NCBI GenBank assembly: GCA_963707915.1
Contig: OY970178.1
Location: forward strand, 1,024,001-1,088,000
Direction of reading: 5' to 3'
DNA: 64,000 nt
Source: Candidatus Eiseniibacteriota bacterium
Lineage (GTDB): Bacteria > Eisenbacteria > RBG-16-71-46
The notes under the pieces were generated by a model that did no database searches, was not told the origin of the DNA, and was given only the letters and a program-made list of their open reading frames with translations. The translations under genes were made by a program, and so were the position numbers. The number at the start of each line of letters is the position of its first letter. Within the stretch, counting starts at the first letter, position 1. Shown here in pieces: positions 1 to 10,945 of the stretch.

Positions 1-3000
1 TGCGGACCGGCCGCGAACTCGCCATCGGCGAGCAGACGCACGCGGCGCCCCTGCAGGTCGATCACCTCGAGCCGCGCCAGGCCGCCGCGTGAGAGCGTGA
101 AGCGCACCGCGGTGAGCCCGCGCGACGGGTTGGGGCGGGCCTCGGACAGTGCCAGGCGACCGGGGACGGTGGGCAGGTCCACCGCCAGCGCGGGCCCGGG
201 CACGTGCACGTCGGCCTCGCGACGGCCGTTGCGCGCCTGCGACACCCAGGGCGAGGTGGGGAAGTAAGGCGAGCGGCCGAGTGTGCGGATCAGCCACGCG
301 TAGTCGGTGCCGGGCGTCAGCCCGGCGACGCTCTGGGTGAGCGCGTTGTAGCTGCCGATGCCGCTGGGCGCGCCCGTCGCCTGGAACGCCGCCTGCCGCC
401 CGGCGATCGTCGCTCCCGCCATGCCCACCACGGGCGCGAGGCGCCACTCGAGCTTCACCTTCGAGCGCCCGGCGGCCGAACGGCCGATGGCCTGGAAGTA
501 GAGCCCCCCGCTGCCACCGAGACCCAGCATGGGCACCGGCACGCCGCCCAGGGCACGGCGCGCCAGCTTCGGCCGCAGTTGGCCCAACCCGCCCGCACCG
601 TAGTAGAGCCGCGCGTCGCCCTGGCGCCCGTTGTAGCCCGGCAGGCCGAAGACCAGGTCGTTCCAGCCGTCGCCGTTGACGTCGCCGGCGTTCGCCACCG
701 TGTGTCCGAGGTTCGCGTATGCGCCGCCGCCCACCGCGCTCCACGCCGGCGACGCGCCGGGAGTGAGCGGACCGCGATAGACGAAGGCCTTGCCCTGGTC
801 GCGCGAACCGCCGGCATCCATGAAGACCGCACCCACCAGGACGTCGCTCAGGCCGTCGCCGTCGATGTCGCCCGCACTGGACACCGAGGAGCCGAAGCCC
901 GCGAACGCCTCGCCCCCGGCCTGGGTCCAGATCGCGTTCGGGTTGAGGCCGGCGGACGAGCCCGCGAATGCGAAGGCGCCGCCCTCCCCGCTGATGGCGG
1001 GCTGGTAGCCGGTCGCGCCGGCCACCACGTCGGAATAGCCGTCGCCGTTGACGTCGCCGGCGAAGGCGACCGAGCCGCCCAGCCGCCAGTTGCCGCCGCT
1101 CTCGACGTAGCCCGGGGCGCCGGGCCCGAGCGGGCCGCCGAGCGCCCACAGGATGCGCCCCGCATCCAGCAGGCTGAAGGGCGGCGACAGCGGCTTGTCG
1201 TAGTCCGGCGCACCGGCGACGAGGTCCGAGTACCCGTCCCCGTTGATGTCGCCCGCGCCGGCCACCGAGCTGCCCAGGTGAGCGTCCTGCTGCCCGCCGT
1301 GCGCGCTCCACGCCACCGTGTGCGAGAGCCCTCCCGGCCCCCCGAGGTAGAGGAAGACGCCCCCCTCGCCGGACACGGTGCTCATGTCGGCGGGCGCTCC
1401 GACGACGACGTCGGCGTAGCCGTCGCCGTTGACGTCGCCGGCACCGGCCACCGAACCGCCGAACTGGGTGCCGGCCGCCGAGGCCACCACGCTGTCTGCA
1501 GCCTGGCCGGCGGTGAGCCCGCCCGAGCGGCCGTACCAGACCAGGGCCTTCCCCACGCCCGCGCCACCCTGGTGCGCGCCGACGATGATGTCGTCGTAGC
1601 CGTCCCCGTTGATGTCGCCAGCCGAGGCGGCCGAGACCCCCAGCTGGTCCCCGGCTGCGCCGCCGATGCCGGCCCACCAGCCGCTGGGGCCGAACGGCGA
1701 GCCGTAGACGAGGAACACGCGCCCGCGCCCGCTCGCCGTGCCGTCCGAGTAGGTCGGGTCGCCGACCAGGTAGTCGTCGTAGCCGTCGCCGTTGACGTCG
1801 CCCGCACCGGCCACCGACCAGGCGTAGTTCGAGCTGGCGAAGTCACCCGGCGCCGCCCAGCCCGGAGTGGCCGCCGGCGGGTCGCCGCCGCCGTAGTAGA
1901 GCTGGATCGCTCCCTCGCCGGTCTGGCCGTTCGAATAGCCGTACTCGCCCGCCACCACGTCGCCGAACCCGTCGCCGTTGACGTCGCCCGCGGTGGCCAC
2001 CGAGAGGCCCAGGTACGCGCCCGTCATGTTGCCCTCGACGAAGAACGACGAGATCATCGTGGTCTTGACGGACTGGAACACCGCCACGAGCCCCTCGCCG
2101 GATTCGGGCGAGGCGTAGTCCGGGGCACCCACCACCACGTCGCCGAGCCCGTCCCCGTTGACGTCGCCCGCGGTGCCCACCGAGCTGCCGAAGTGCGCAC
2201 CGCCCACCGGGCCCACCTCGGTCCAGAACACGGTGGTGTCCATGCCGGCCGCCGAGCCGCGGTAGACGTAGGCCTCTCCGCACGCCGTCAGGCTGTAGTA
2301 GCTGGCGTTGCTCGCGCCCACGATCACGTCGGCACGGCCATCTCCGTTGACGTCGCCCGCGGTGCCCACGCTGCAGCCGAAGTTGTCCCCCGGGGTCGTG
2401 CCCGCGATGGTGATGCGTGCCGAGAAGTCCCCATATCCGCCGCCGTAGACCGGCAGCCCGCTCGCGCCGCCGAGGAACACGTAGGCCTGGTTGGCCCCCG
2501 GCGCGCCCATGACGATGTCATCGTAACCGTCGCCGTTGACGTCGCCGGCGGTGCCCACCGAGTTGCCCAGATAGCTGTAGGGACCGAGGAACTGGCAGCC
2601 GAAGAGCGACCAATTCGGATTGGCGGGTATGCCGGAGGGACCGCCGTAGTACACGTCGACCCTGCCGTGGTTGAGGGTGCTGCCCGCGCACAGTCCGATC
2701 TGGGCGGCGTAGCCCGGCGTGCCCACGACGAGGTCGGCGTAGCCGTCGCCGTTGAGGTCGCCGGCGGTGCCCACCGAGTAGGCATAGGAGGCCGCGCCGA
2801 CGACGATGGTGTTGGTCCACGGGCTCGCGAGGTTGAGACCCGAGGCGTTGCCGTAGTAGATGCGCAGCGTGCCACCGCTGGAGTTCGGGAAGCTCAGCGC
2901 CACGTCGTCGTAGCCGTCGCCGTTGAGGTCACCGGCGGCGCCGCACACCGGCGTGCCGGCCGGCAGGCCGGTGAGCGGGTAGCCCGGGGCGAGCGTCGGG

Positions 3001-3320
3001 CCGCCCGGCCCGCCGAGGAACAGGAAGAAGGTATTGCTCGTGGCGCCGTTCCCGGTGGCGATGACGTCGCTGTAACCGTCGCCGTTCACGTCCCCGGCGG
3101 TGGCCACCGACCAGCCGGCCCGCCGGGACGCCACGTTGGACTCGAACGGCCATCCCGCCGCCGGGGTCATGCTCGCCGGCGCGGCCGCGCCCAGCGCGGC
3201 GCTCCAGGCAGGCGCCGGAGCCGGCTGTGCGCGGCCGGCTCCCGGCGCCAGCGGCAGAGCGAGCAACCCGAGGAGTGCGAGGCTGCGGAAGTGCGATGGG
3301 GCGGAACGGGCGGTGAGCAT
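1..3320 (-). CDS. Secreted FG-GAP (integrin-alpha-like) repeat protein with C-terminal FlgD-Ig/T9SS-like sorting domain; 3' end runs off the window
   Basis: Not in the ORF track because no stop lies in the window. ATG at 3320 preceded by AGGAGG; signal peptide MLTARSAPSHFRSLALLGLLALPLA; 14 GD[VIL][ND]GDG motifs counted (frame spot-checked at 3095, 686 and 140); C-terminus RLALSEARPNPSRGLTAVRFTLSRGGLARLEVIDLQGRRVRLLADG. Confidence 0.9.
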   Translation of the reverse strand, partial: MLTARSAPSHFRSLALLGLLALPLAPGAGRAQPAPAPAWSAALGAAAPASMTPAAGWPFESNVASRRAGWSVATAGDVNGDGYSDVIATGNGATSNTFFLFLGGPGGPTLAPGYPLTGLPAGTPVCGAAGDLNGDGYDDVALSFPNSSGGTLRIYYGNASGLNLASPWTNTIVVGAASYAYSVGTAGDLNGDGYADLVVGTPGYAAQIGLCAGSTLNHGRVDVYYGGPSGIPANPNWSLFGCQFLGPYSYLGNSVGTAGDVNGDGYDDIVMGAPGANQAYVFLGGASGLPVYGGGYGDFSARITIAGTTPGDNFGCSVGTAGDVNGDGRADVIVGASNASYYSLTACGEAYVYRGSAAGMDTTVFWTEVGPVGGAHFGSSVGTAGDVNGDGLGDVVVGAPDYASPESGEGLVAVFQSVKTTMISSFFVEGNMTGAYLGLSVATAGDVNGDGFGDVVAGEYGYSNGQTGEGAIQLYYGGGDPPAATPGWAAPGDFASSNYAWSVAGAGDVNGDGYDDYLVGDPTYSDGTASGRGRVFLVYGSPFGPSGWWAGIGGAAGDQLGVSAASAGDINGDGYDDIIVGAHQGGAGVGKALVWYGRSGGLTAGQAADSVVASAAGTQFGGSVAGAGDVNGDGYADVVVGAPADMSTVSGEGGVFLYLGGPGGLSHTVAWSAHGGQQDAHLGSSVAGAGDINGDGYSDLVAGAPDYDKPLSPPFSLLDAGRILWALGGPLGPGAPGYVESGGNWRLGGSVAFAGDVNGDGYSDVVAGATGYQPAISGEGGAFAFAGSSAGLNPNAIWTQAGGEAFAGFGSSVSSAGDIDGDGLSDVLVGAVFMDAGGSRDQGKAFVYRGPLTPGASPAWSAVGGGAYANLGHTVANAGDVNGDGWNDLVFGLPGYNGRQGDARLYYGAGGLGQLRPKLARRALGGVPVPMLGLGGSGGLYFQAIGRSAAGRSKVKLEWRLAPVVGMAGATIAGRQAAFQATGAPSGIGSYNALTQSVAGLTPGTDYAWLIRTLGRSPYFPTSPWVSQARNGRREADVHVPGPALAVDLPTVPGRLALSEARPNPSRGLTAVRFTLSRGGLARLEVIDLQGRRVRLLADGEFAAGP

Positions 3321-3596
3321 CGGAGCGATCCTCCTGCGGGAAGGTGGGGAGACTTCCGGCCCTGCGAGCGAGAACGCCCCTGTGCGCCCGGGTCGACGTC
3401 CCGCGAGGTGGCCACCTTCGTCGATACTTCCGTAGGTGACAATGGTCCGCACGGACCATGTCGCTACCGCACGATCCCGTCCGCCCGGGGGATGGTGGAA
3501 GACCACCCCGCCCGGCCCGCGGCCGCTCCCCGCTCGCTCGCCCCGCCCCGGCCGCCCCACGGAAGCGGCCCGTGGTGCTCACCGCGGGCAACGAGA

Positions 3597-3621
3597 AGGC
3601 CACGCCGACTGCGCGTGGCCT
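3597..3621 (-). terminator. Hairpin just downstream of tRNA-Leu, probable intrinsic terminator
   Basis: AGGCCACGC-N7-GCGTGGCCT 9-bp stem, followed on the minus strand by TCTCGTT (weak U tract). Confidence 0.55.
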
Positions 3622-3629
3622 CGTGAGTG

Positions 3630-3714
<85 letters not shown>

Positions 3715-3736
3715 ACTCGGGTCTCTTCGGGATTGC

Positions 3737-4117
3737 TCAGCGGCCGCCCGACGGGGCGGCGGGAGGCGGCGTGGCTGCCGGCGCCGGAGCGGCTGGCCGG
3801 CTGCCGGACTGCGGCAGCTGGGCCGGAGCACTCGCCGCCGCCTTGCGGGCCTCCTGGTTGATCAGGCTCCTGCCCCGGGTCGAGGTCATGTTCGAGCTCA
3901 TCAGCGAGAGCACCAGCGACGTGGCGAAGAAGAGCCCGCCGAGCACCATGGTGGCGCGGGTCATGAAGTCGGTGGCGCCGCGGCCGCCGAAGACAGTCTG
4001 CGCCGACCCGCCGAAGGCGCCGCCGGCGAGCCCGCCGCCCTTGCCGGACTGCATGAGCACGACACCCACGAGGGCCACACACACCAGCAGGTGGAAGAAG
4101 ATCAGGAAGAGGTACAT
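3737..4117 (-). CDS. secG: Preprotein translocase subunit SecG
   Basis: [37 protein letters not shown]...[14 protein letters not shown], two TM helices; start reassigned to ATG 4117 (GAGG upstream). Confidence 0.93.
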   Translation of the reverse strand: MYLFLIFFHLLVCVALVGVVLMQSGKGGGLAGGAFGGSAQTVFGGRGATDFMTRATMVLGGLFFATSLVLSLMSSNMTSTRGRSLINQEARKAAASAPAQLPQSGSRPAAPAPAATPPPAAPSGGR

Positions 4118-4192
4118 GGCATCCTCAGGGACGGGTTTCCACCGCGGAAGACGACCCACCGCTCCGGTCCGCAGCATCCGAAGCAGCGTGAG

Positions 4193-4221
4193 AGACTAGC
4201 AATCACCCCGGCAACCGTCAA
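4193..4221 (-). promoter_or_regulatory. Sigma70-type promoter for secG/tRNA-Leu
   Basis: TTGACG-17 nt-TAGTCT on the minus strand. Confidence 0.6.
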
Positions 4222-4252
4222 ACGGCCGCGCCGGGGGCCCGCGGTGCCCCGT

Positions 4253-5035
4253 TCACGCCCCGGCGGCGGCGATGATGCGCCAGAACGAGGCCGCCTCGAG
4301 GGCGGCCCCGCCCACGAGCGCGCCGTCCAGCTCCTCGTCCGCGAACAGGGCGGCGGCGTTGCCCGGGTTCACGCTGCCCCCGTACAGCACGCTGATGCGG
4401 GCGCCGGCGCCCGGCGCGATGACGCGATCGATCGTGGCGCGCACGATCTGGTGCGCCTCGTGGGCCTGCTCGACCGTGGCCACGCGCCCCGTGCCGATCG
4501 CCCAGACCGGTTCGTAGGCGATCACCGCGGCGAACGCCTGCGCCTGCTCCAGCCCTTCGAACGCGGCCTGCGTCTGGCGCACGAGCACGTCCGCCGTGCG
4601 TTCCGCCTCGCGCTCGGCGAGGGTCTCCCCCACGCAGACGATCGGCGTCAGCCCGTCGCGCTGGGCCGAGCGCATCTTCTGCGCCACCAGCGCGTCGTCC
4701 TCGCCCATGCCGTGGCGGCGCTCCGAGTGCCCGACGATCACGAAGCGGCAGCCGAGCGCGGCCAGCATCGCGCCCGACACCTCGCCGGTGAAGGCGCCGT
4801 GCGTGGCCGGGTGGAGGTTCTGGCCGCCGAGATGGAACGGGCTGCCCTTCAACGCCTCCCCCACCGCGTGCAGCGCGGGGAACGGCGGGCAGAGCGCCAC
4901 CGCACAGCGGGGACGCGCCCCGCCCGCCAACGCGACCAACTCGCGCGCCAGGGCGGCGGCCTCCGGGGCCGTCTTGTGCATCTTCCAGTTCCCGGCGACG
5001 AACCGGGGGCGGCGTGGCCAGGGCGTCGTCATCAC
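4253..5035 (-). CDS. tpiA: Triosephosphate isomerase
   Basis: [29 protein letters not shown] motifs. Confidence 0.97.
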   Translation of the reverse strand: MMTTPWPRRPRFVAGNWKMHKTAPEAAALARELVALAGGARPRCAVALCPPFPALHAVGEALKGSPFHLGGQNLHPATHGAFTGEVSGAMLAALGCRFVIVGHSERRHGMGEDDALVAQKMRSAQRDGLTPIVCVGETLAEREAERTADVLVRQTQAAFEGLEQAQAFAAVIAYEPVWAIGTGRVATVEQAHEAHQIVRATIDRVIAPGAGARISVLYGGSVNPGNAAALFADEELDGALVGGAALEAASFWRIIAAAGA

Positions 5036-6231
5036 GCGCCGTCCAGGGCGGCGACGCCGGGCAGCACCTTGCCCTCGAGGAACTCGAGGGAGGCGCCGCC
5101 ACCGGTCGACAGGTGGGTGAACTTCTCGGCCAGGCCGGCCTGCTGGATGGCGGCCACCGAATCGCCGCCGCCCACGACCGTGACCGCGCCGTGACCGGTG
5201 AGCTCGGCCATCGCCCGGGCCACGCCCAGCGTGCCCTCGGCGAACGCCGGGACCTCGAAGATCCCCATCGGGCCGTTCCAGACCACCGTCTTCGCGTCCC
5301 GGAGCCGGGCCGCGAAGAGCTTCACCGATTCCGGCCCGATGTCCACTCCCATCTCCGCGGGGCCGAGCCCCTCGAGCGGGACCGTCCGCCCGGGAGCGCT
5401 CCCGTCCGGCGCAGTCGAGGCCACGCAGTCCACCGGCAGCACCAGTTCCACCCCGCGCGCCTGCGCCTGCTCCAGCACGGCCTTCGCCATCCCGATCCGG
5501 TCGTCCTCGACCAGCGACTTCCCGGTCGGCCGGCCCTGCGCCTTGAGGAAGGTGAACATCATCGCCCCGCCCACCAGCAGCCGGTCCACCTTGCCCAGCA
5601 GCTGCGTGATCACGTCGATCTTGCCGGAGATCTTCGCGCCGCCCAGCACGGCGACGAACGGCCGCTGCGGACGGTCGAGCGCCCGGCCCAGATAGTCGAG
5701 CTCCTTCTGCATCAGGAACCCGGCCACCGCCGGCCGCAGGAAGTGCGTCACGCCCTCGGTCGAGGCGTGCGCACGGTGCGCGGTGCCGAAGGCGTCGTTC
5801 ACGAAGGCGTCCCCCAGCGCGGCCAGTTGCCGGGCGAAGCCGGCGTCGTTCGCCTCCTCCTCGGGGTGGAACCGCAGGTTCTCGAGCAGCAGGACCTGGC
5901 CGTCCTGCAGCGCGCGCGACCGGGCCTCCACGTCGGGGCCGACGCAGTCGGAGGCGAACGCCACCGGCTGGCCCAGCAGCTTCTCGAGGAGCGCGGCCAC
6001 GGGCTTGAGACTGTTCTTGGTGTCCGGCCCGCCCTTCGGCCGGCCGAGGTGCGACATCAGGATGACGCGCGCCCGCTGCTCGACCAGGTAACGGATGGTC
6101 GGGAGGGCCGCCACGATGCGCGTGTCGTCCCCGACCTGGCCGTCCTTGACCGGCACGTTGAAGTCGACGCGCACCAGCACGCGCCGGCCGGCCGGCCGGA
6201 GTTCCTTGAGACCCTTCTTGGCGTCGCCCAT
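5032..6231 (-). CDS. pgk: Phosphoglycerate kinase
   Basis: [45 protein letters not shown]. Confidence 0.98.
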   Translation of the reverse strand: MGDAKKGLKELRPAGRRVLVRVDFNVPVKDGQVGDDTRIVAALPTIRYLVEQRARVILMSHLGRPKGGPDTKNSLKPVAALLEKLLGQPVAFASDCVGPDVEARSRALQDGQVLLLENLRFHPEEEANDAGFARQLAALGDAFVNDAFGTAHRAHASTEGVTHFLRPAVAGFLMQKELDYLGRALDRPQRPFVAVLGGAKISGKIDVITQLLGKVDRLLVGGAMMFTFLKAQGRPTGKSLVEDDRIGMAKAVLEQAQARGVELVLPVDCVASTAPDGSAPGRTVPLEGLGPAEMGVDIGPESVKLFAARLRDAKTVVWNGPMGIFEVPAFAEGTLGVARAMAELTGHGAVTVVGGGDSVAAIQQAGLAEKFTHLSTGGGASLEFLEGKVLPGVAALDGA

Positions 6232-6241
6232 GGCCCCTCCC

Positions 6242-7240
6242 CTACGCCATCATCAGCAGGGCGTCCACCACGCGCTGCGAGAAGCCCCACTCGTTGTCGT
6301 ACCAGGAGAGCACCTTGACCAGCGTCCCCCCCATGACGTTCGTGGAGAGCGAGTCGAACACGCTGCTGTGGGGATTGCCGATCACGTCGGTGGAGACGAT
6401 GGGGTCGGTGCAGAACTCGAGGATGCCCTTCATCGGGCCCTCGGCCGCCGCCTTCATCGCGGCGTTGATCTCGTCCTTCGTCGTGCTCTTGCGGACCTCC
6501 ACCACCAGGTCCACGAGCGAACCGTCGGGGGTCGGCACGCGCACCGCGAGGCCGTCCAGCTTGCCCTTGAGCTCCGGCAGCACCTCGCCGATGGCCTTCG
6601 CCGCGCCGGTCGAGGTCGGGATCATGCTCATCGCCGCCGCGCGCGCCCGGCGCAGGTCCTTGTGCGGCAGGTCGAGGATCTTCTGGTCGTTGGTGTAGGC
6701 GTGGATCGTGGTCATGAAGCCGCGTTCGATGCCGACCAGGTCGTTCAACACCTTCGCGACCGGCGCCAGGCAGTTGGTCGTGCACGAGCCGATGCTCACG
6801 ACCTGGTGCTTCGCCTTGTCGAAGAGCTTGTCGTTGACCCCGATGACGAAGGTCAGGTCGCCGCCCTTGGCCGGCGCCGACACCACGACGTTGCGCGCGC
6901 CCGCGGCCAGGTGCAGCGCCGCGCCGTCGCGGTCCGTGAACTTGCCGGTGGCTTCGAGCACGACGTCCACGCCGAGCGCCTTCCACGGCAGCTTGGCCGG
7001 ATCCTTCTCCGCCAGCACCTGGATCTTCTTGCCCGCCACCTCGAGATGACCGTCCACCGCCTTGCCGGCCCTGGGCCAGACGCGGTGGACCGAGTCGTAC
7101 TTCAGCAGGTGCGCCAGCGTCGGCGCGTCGGTGATGTCGTTGACCGCCACGAACTCGATGGGGACCCCGCGGTCCACCGCTGCGCGCACCACCAGGCGAC
7201 CGATGCGCCCGAATCCACTGATCCCGACACGAACCGCCAT
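6242..7240 (-). CDS. gap: Type I glyceraldehyde-3-phosphate dehydrogenase
   Basis: [23 protein letters not shown]. Confidence 0.98.
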   Translation of the reverse strand: MAVRVGISGFGRIGRLVVRAAVDRGVPIEFVAVNDITDAPTLAHLLKYDSVHRVWPRAGKAVDGHLEVAGKKIQVLAEKDPAKLPWKALGVDVVLEATGKFTDRDGAALHLAAGARNVVVSAPAKGGDLTFVIGVNDKLFDKAKHQVVSIGSCTTNCLAPVAKVLNDLVGIERGFMTTIHAYTNDQKILDLPHKDLRRARAAAMSMIPTSTGAAKAIGEVLPELKGKLDGLAVRVPTPDGSLVDLVVEVRKSTTKDEINAAMKAAAEGPMKGILEFCTDPIVSTDVIGNPHSSVFDSLSTNVMGGTLVKVLSWYDNEWGFSQRVVDALLMMA

Positions 7241-7310
7241 GTTCGTTCCTCCTCCTGAAGCTCGAGACGAATCTCGATGGTTTTCCAGAGTCGGCCGGCG
7301 CCGGTCGGCG

Positions 7311-8348
7311 TCAGCCGAAGAAGACCCGCGCGGTCTCGAACAGCTCCGCGGGCACGGTGCGCGGACCCTGCCGCACCACGTCCAGACCCACGGACGTGAT
7401 GCGCCCGCCCTGCAGGCTCACCATGCGTCCGTACTCGCCCCGGACGGCCAGGTCCACCGCTTCGATGCCCATGCGCGTGCCCAGCAGCCGGTCGAACGGG
7501 GTGGGGGTGCCGCCCCGCTGCACGAACCCGAGCGTGACGGTGCGGGTCTCGGTCTTGAGTCGCGCCTCGATCTCGCGCGCCAGGATCTCGCCCACGCCGC
7601 CGTAGCGCGGGCGGCCGAACGGATCGAGGGACTGCGGGATCTCGATCGTCCGCCCGTCCGGGTCGGGCTCGAAGCGCGCCCCCTCGGCCACCACGACGAT
7701 ACTGAAGAAGCGCCCGCGCGCCTGCCGGTGACGGATGTAGTTGCAGACCTCGTGCACGCTGGTGGGGCGCTCGGGCGTCACCACGACGTCGGCGCCCCCC
7801 GCCACGCCCCCGCACACCGCGATCCAGCCCGCACTACGTCCCATCACCTCGAGCACGATCACCCGGTCGTGGGACTCGGCCGTGGTGTGGAGCGCGTCCA
7901 CGGCGTCCACCACGTGGCACAACGCGGTGTCGAAGCCGAAGGCGTAGTCGGTCTCCGGCACGTCGTTGTCGATGGTCTTGGGGATGCCGACGATCGGCAC
8001 ACCCGCCTGCCACAGCCGTTCGGCAGCGGACAGCGTGCCGTCGCCCCCGCACACCAGCAGCCCATCCAGTTCGTGCAGGGCAAGGGCGTCCTTGACGGCC
8101 TGTGCGCCCCCCTCCTCGCGGAGCGGATCGGTGCGGGAGGTCCCGAGGATCGTGCCGCCCCGCGGCAGGATGCCCTTGATGGCCGGCAGGTCGAGGTCGC
8201 GGGCCCGGGACTTGAATAGCCCCAGCCAACCGTCCTCGAAGCCCACCATCTGGCCCTGGTAGGTGCGCACCGTACGGACGACGGCTGCCCGGATGAGCGC
8301 GTTGAGCCCCGGACAGTCGCCACCGCCGGTCAGGATGCCCAAACGCAT
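7311..8348 (-). CDS. pfkA: 6-phosphofructokinase (PfkA family, group III-like; GGDG suggests ATP-dependent)
   Basis: [41 protein letters not shown]. Confidence 0.95.
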   Translation of the reverse strand: MRLGILTGGGDCPGLNALIRAAVVRTVRTYQGQMVGFEDGWLGLFKSRARDLDLPAIKGILPRGGTILGTSRTDPLREEGGAQAVKDALALHELDGLLVCGGDGTLSAAERLWQAGVPIVGIPKTIDNDVPETDYAFGFDTALCHVVDAVDALHTTAESHDRVIVLEVMGRSAGWIAVCGGVAGGADVVVTPERPTSVHEVCNYIRHRQARGRFFSIVVVAEGARFEPDPDGRTIEIPQSLDPFGRPRYGGVGEILAREIEARLKTETRTVTLGFVQRGGTPTPFDRLLGTRMGIEAVDLAVRGEYGRMVSLQGGRITSVGLDVVRQGPRTVPAELFETARVFFG

Positions 8349-8419
8349 GCTGACACTCCGGCCCCGGAGGGACTCTTCGGTCGGGAAGGACCATGGAGAT
8401 GGATCGACAGAACGGGCCG

Positions 8420-8448
8420 AATATGCCCGATGGTGCGGGGGGGGTCAA
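8420..8448 (-). promoter_or_regulatory. Sigma70-type promoter of the glycolytic operon
   Basis: TTGACC-17 nt-CATATT on the minus strand, about 70 nt upstream of pfkA. Confidence 0.55.
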
Positions 8449-8469
8449 GGACGGCCGGGCCCGGCCGCG

Positions 8470-9939
8470 TCACTCCGTCGTGTAACGCAGGCGGAAGTCC
8501 CCCACGCCCAGATCGTCGACGAACAGGAAGACGAGCCGCTTGCGGCGCACCCGTCCGGCGACGGCGGGATCGGCGTCCGGGGGCAGCCCGATCGGACCCT
8601 GGTAGATCCACAGCTCGAAGGGGCGCGGGTCGCCGCCGGGGCCCTTCAGGTTGACGTCCCCGACCGAGCGGTCCTCGTTCGCGACGATCTGGGAGATGAC
8701 CTGGTCCACCGTCTGGTCGCCGGTGGGGATCACCTGGTTCACGACCTCGCTGGGCTCGCCATACCGGACATAGGTCCTTCCCATGTCGGAGAACATCCCC
8801 TTGCCGAGCCCCGGCCGGGTGTACATCCGGTTCGCGTAGGCCACCCGCCGCAGGAACGTCGCCCGCGCCTCGTTCTCCGGACTGCCGGGGTTGGGGTTGC
8901 GCGCCGCCCAGAATTCGTCGAGGTAGTGCTCCTGCTCCCCGGGAGAGAGCAGCGCGAACGCCTCCTCGTCGTCCGCACCCAACAGGAAGTGGACGTCGTC
9001 CTGGACCTCGCGCGGGTTCTGCAGCCACGATTCGGCCTGCCACGCCACGCTGAAGGCGGCCCGCCGCACGAGCGGCAGCGAATCGCCTTCCTGCCGCACC
9101 CGCAGCTCCAGCTCGTAGCCGCCCGGCGGCGCCGACGACAGATCCACCGCCACGCCACCCTCGAGCAGCCGCGTCGCGGCCGCGGTGCTCTCCCGCGTGG
9201 CGATCGGTCGCCCTCCGCCGTCGAGGACGACGGCGGTCCAGTGCCACGGCGACTCCGCGTCCGACCGCGCCACGAACGCCGTCCGCAATTCCGGCGCGAA
9301 GCGCCCGTACAGGCGCTCCGGGTCCGGCAGCAGGGTCCGCCCGTGTCGCTTGAACACCGTCGCCCGCCCACCCTCACGCTCGGTCCACAGGAACTCGATG
9401 TCGGAGAGCTCGCGCCCGCCCCGGGGCGCCGCGACGCGCACCTCCCCCTCGACCCGGGCCGTGGAGGCCAGCTTCACCGACAGGGCCCCGCGCCGGCGGG
9501 ACACCACGTCGTCCACGCGCACGAGCAGGCGGTAGACGCCCGGCCGCGACGGGAACCTCATCCCGACCACCTTGCCGAAGCCCCCGGACGAATCCGCCGG
9601 CTCGATGGCGAACTCCTGGGTCTGCTCCTGGTTGCCCGCCCCGCCGAAGACACCGCGCAGCCGGGCCGTCACGCGCAGCCGGGCCAGCCCTTGGGCGTCC
9701 CGCATCAGCGCCGCCAGCGTGCCGCTCGGGAGGCGCACGTAGACCTCGAGCGACGTCCCGGACGATTCGGGGAACGACGCGGCGTCCACGGTGAAACCTC
9801 CGCGGCCCGCCACCCGCCAGGGCAGAGGCCCCGTGTCCGGGCCCCTGGCCACGGCCGTGCCGGCCCCACCCAGGGCCAGCATGACCGCCAAGACGAGACG
9901 CGCCCCCACCCGGGGGCGCGTCCCACACGACTTCGTCAT
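8470..9939 (-). CDS. Exported GWxTD-domain protein
   Basis: Signal peptide (RLVLAVMLALGGAGTAVA), beta-rich N-terminal part, then FWAARNPNPGSPENEARATFLRRVAYANRMY...GMFSDMGRTYVRYGEP and FELWIY, matching the GWxTD-domain pattern. Start uncertain (ATG 9939 chosen). Confidence 0.82.
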   Translation of the reverse strand: MTKSCGTRPRVGARLVLAVMLALGGAGTAVARGPDTGPLPWRVAGRGGFTVDAASFPESSGTSLEVYVRLPSGTLAALMRDAQGLARLRVTARLRGVFGGAGNQEQTQEFAIEPADSSGGFGKVVGMRFPSRPGVYRLLVRVDDVVSRRRGALSVKLASTARVEGEVRVAAPRGGRELSDIEFLWTEREGGRATVFKRHGRTLLPDPERLYGRFAPELRTAFVARSDAESPWHWTAVVLDGGGRPIATRESTAAATRLLEGGVAVDLSSAPPGGYELELRVRQEGDSLPLVRRAAFSVAWQAESWLQNPREVQDDVHFLLGADDEEAFALLSPGEQEHYLDEFWAARNPNPGSPENEARATFLRRVAYANRMYTRPGLGKGMFSDMGRTYVRYGEPSEVVNQVIPTGDQTVDQVISQIVANEDRSVGDVNLKGPGGDPRPFELWIYQGPIGLPPDADPAVAGRVRRKRLVFLFVDDLGVGDFRLRYTTE

Positions 9940-9964
9940 CAGGTCCGCCGGCCGAGGACCGCGA

Positions 9965-10918
9965 TCAGAACAGGAACGTGAGCGAGAAGCGGTGAACACC
10001 GCCCAGGTCCTTCATGTCCGTGAACGCGTAGTCCACGTCGGCCATGCCGACCACCGAGACCGGCACGTGGAACCCGATCCCCCCGGCGGCGCCCTCGGAA
10101 TCGTAGTTGAAGGCGTAACCACCCCGCAGGAACAGGTACTTGTGGAACGAGTACTCCGCTCCGAGGTTGAGCCGTTCCGAGTTGTCCGGCGGGTGCGAGA
10201 ATTCCAGCGAGCCCACCAGCTTCTGATCGGCCCGCTGCAGGAGCACCGCCGAGGCGCCGACCCGGAAGATCGACGGCATGCGGGCCGAGCGGTCGATGAA
10301 GGTGATCTGGGAGCCGATGTTCGAGATGGACATGCCGATGCGCATCCCCAGCGTGCCCACGTCGTAGAGCGTCCCGACGTCGAACGCCATGGCCTGCCGG
10401 GAGTACTCGGCCAGCCCCTCGGTGACGTAGTTGCCGGTGACGCCGGCGCTGAACTTGTCCGTGAACGAACGGGCGTAGGTCAGGCCCAGCGTCATCATGC
10501 CGGCGTCGAACGTCTCCCCCGTGCGGGGATCGGGCTCCGGCGTGTACGCCGTCGTCACCAACATCGGCTGCATGGTGAGCGCGCGGGCGTGGATCGCGAA
10601 GGCCCCGGGGATCCGGCGCGTGTGGAAGACGTAGCTGACCTGGTCGAACGAAAGGTCGGCGATCCAGTTCGCGTGATTCAGCGAGAGCTCGGACTTGTCC
10701 GGATCGATGCGTGCGATGCCCGCGGCGTTCCAGTAGACGGAGCTGGCGTCGTCCGCCATGCCGACGAAGGCACCCCCCATGCCGGCCGCCCGGGAACCGA
10801 CCGGGATCTCCAGGAACTGACTGCCGACCGTCCCAACCTTCTCGAAGATGATAGCCGCACCTGCCCAACCGGGGATGAGCAGACCCGCCAGGCCCAGCGC
10901 CGCGATGACCTTTCTCAC
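9965..10918 (-). CDS. PorV/PorQ-family (UPF0164-like) outer-membrane beta-barrel
   Basis: Signal peptide; QFLEIPVGSRAAGMGGAFVGMADDASSVYWNAAG signature; amphipathic strands; C-terminal HRFSLTFLF beta-signal. Confidence 0.88.
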   Translation of the reverse strand: MRKVIAALGLAGLLIPGWAGAAIIFEKVGTVGSQFLEIPVGSRAAGMGGAFVGMADDASSVYWNAAGIARIDPDKSELSLNHANWIADLSFDQVSYVFHTRRIPGAFAIHARALTMQPMLVTTAYTPEPDPRTGETFDAGMMTLGLTYARSFTDKFSAGVTGNYVTEGLAEYSRQAMAFDVGTLYDVGTLGMRIGMSISNIGSQITFIDRSARMPSIFRVGASAVLLQRADQKLVGSLEFSHPPDNSERLNLGAEYSFHKYLFLRGGYAFNYDSEGAAGGIGFHVPVSVVGMADVDYAFTDMKDLGGVHRFSLTFLF

Positions 10919-10945
10919 TGCGATCCTCCTCTCTCGCTCCCGCGC

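Noticed and set aside
660..3100. Regularly spaced GCCGTCGCCGTTGACGTCGCC repeats as a CRISPR or DNA repeat array
   Set aside because: Spacing of about 170-220 bp and codon-level variation show they encode FG-GAP protein repeats.
204..3626. 1140-aa plus-strand ORF, and similar long antisense ORFs (11246-13969, 13951-16779, 22092-25844, 29475-32987, 33093-37268, 54291-58970)
   Set aside because: Shadow frames opposite well-supported genes; stop codons are rare at this GC content and the translations have no motifs.
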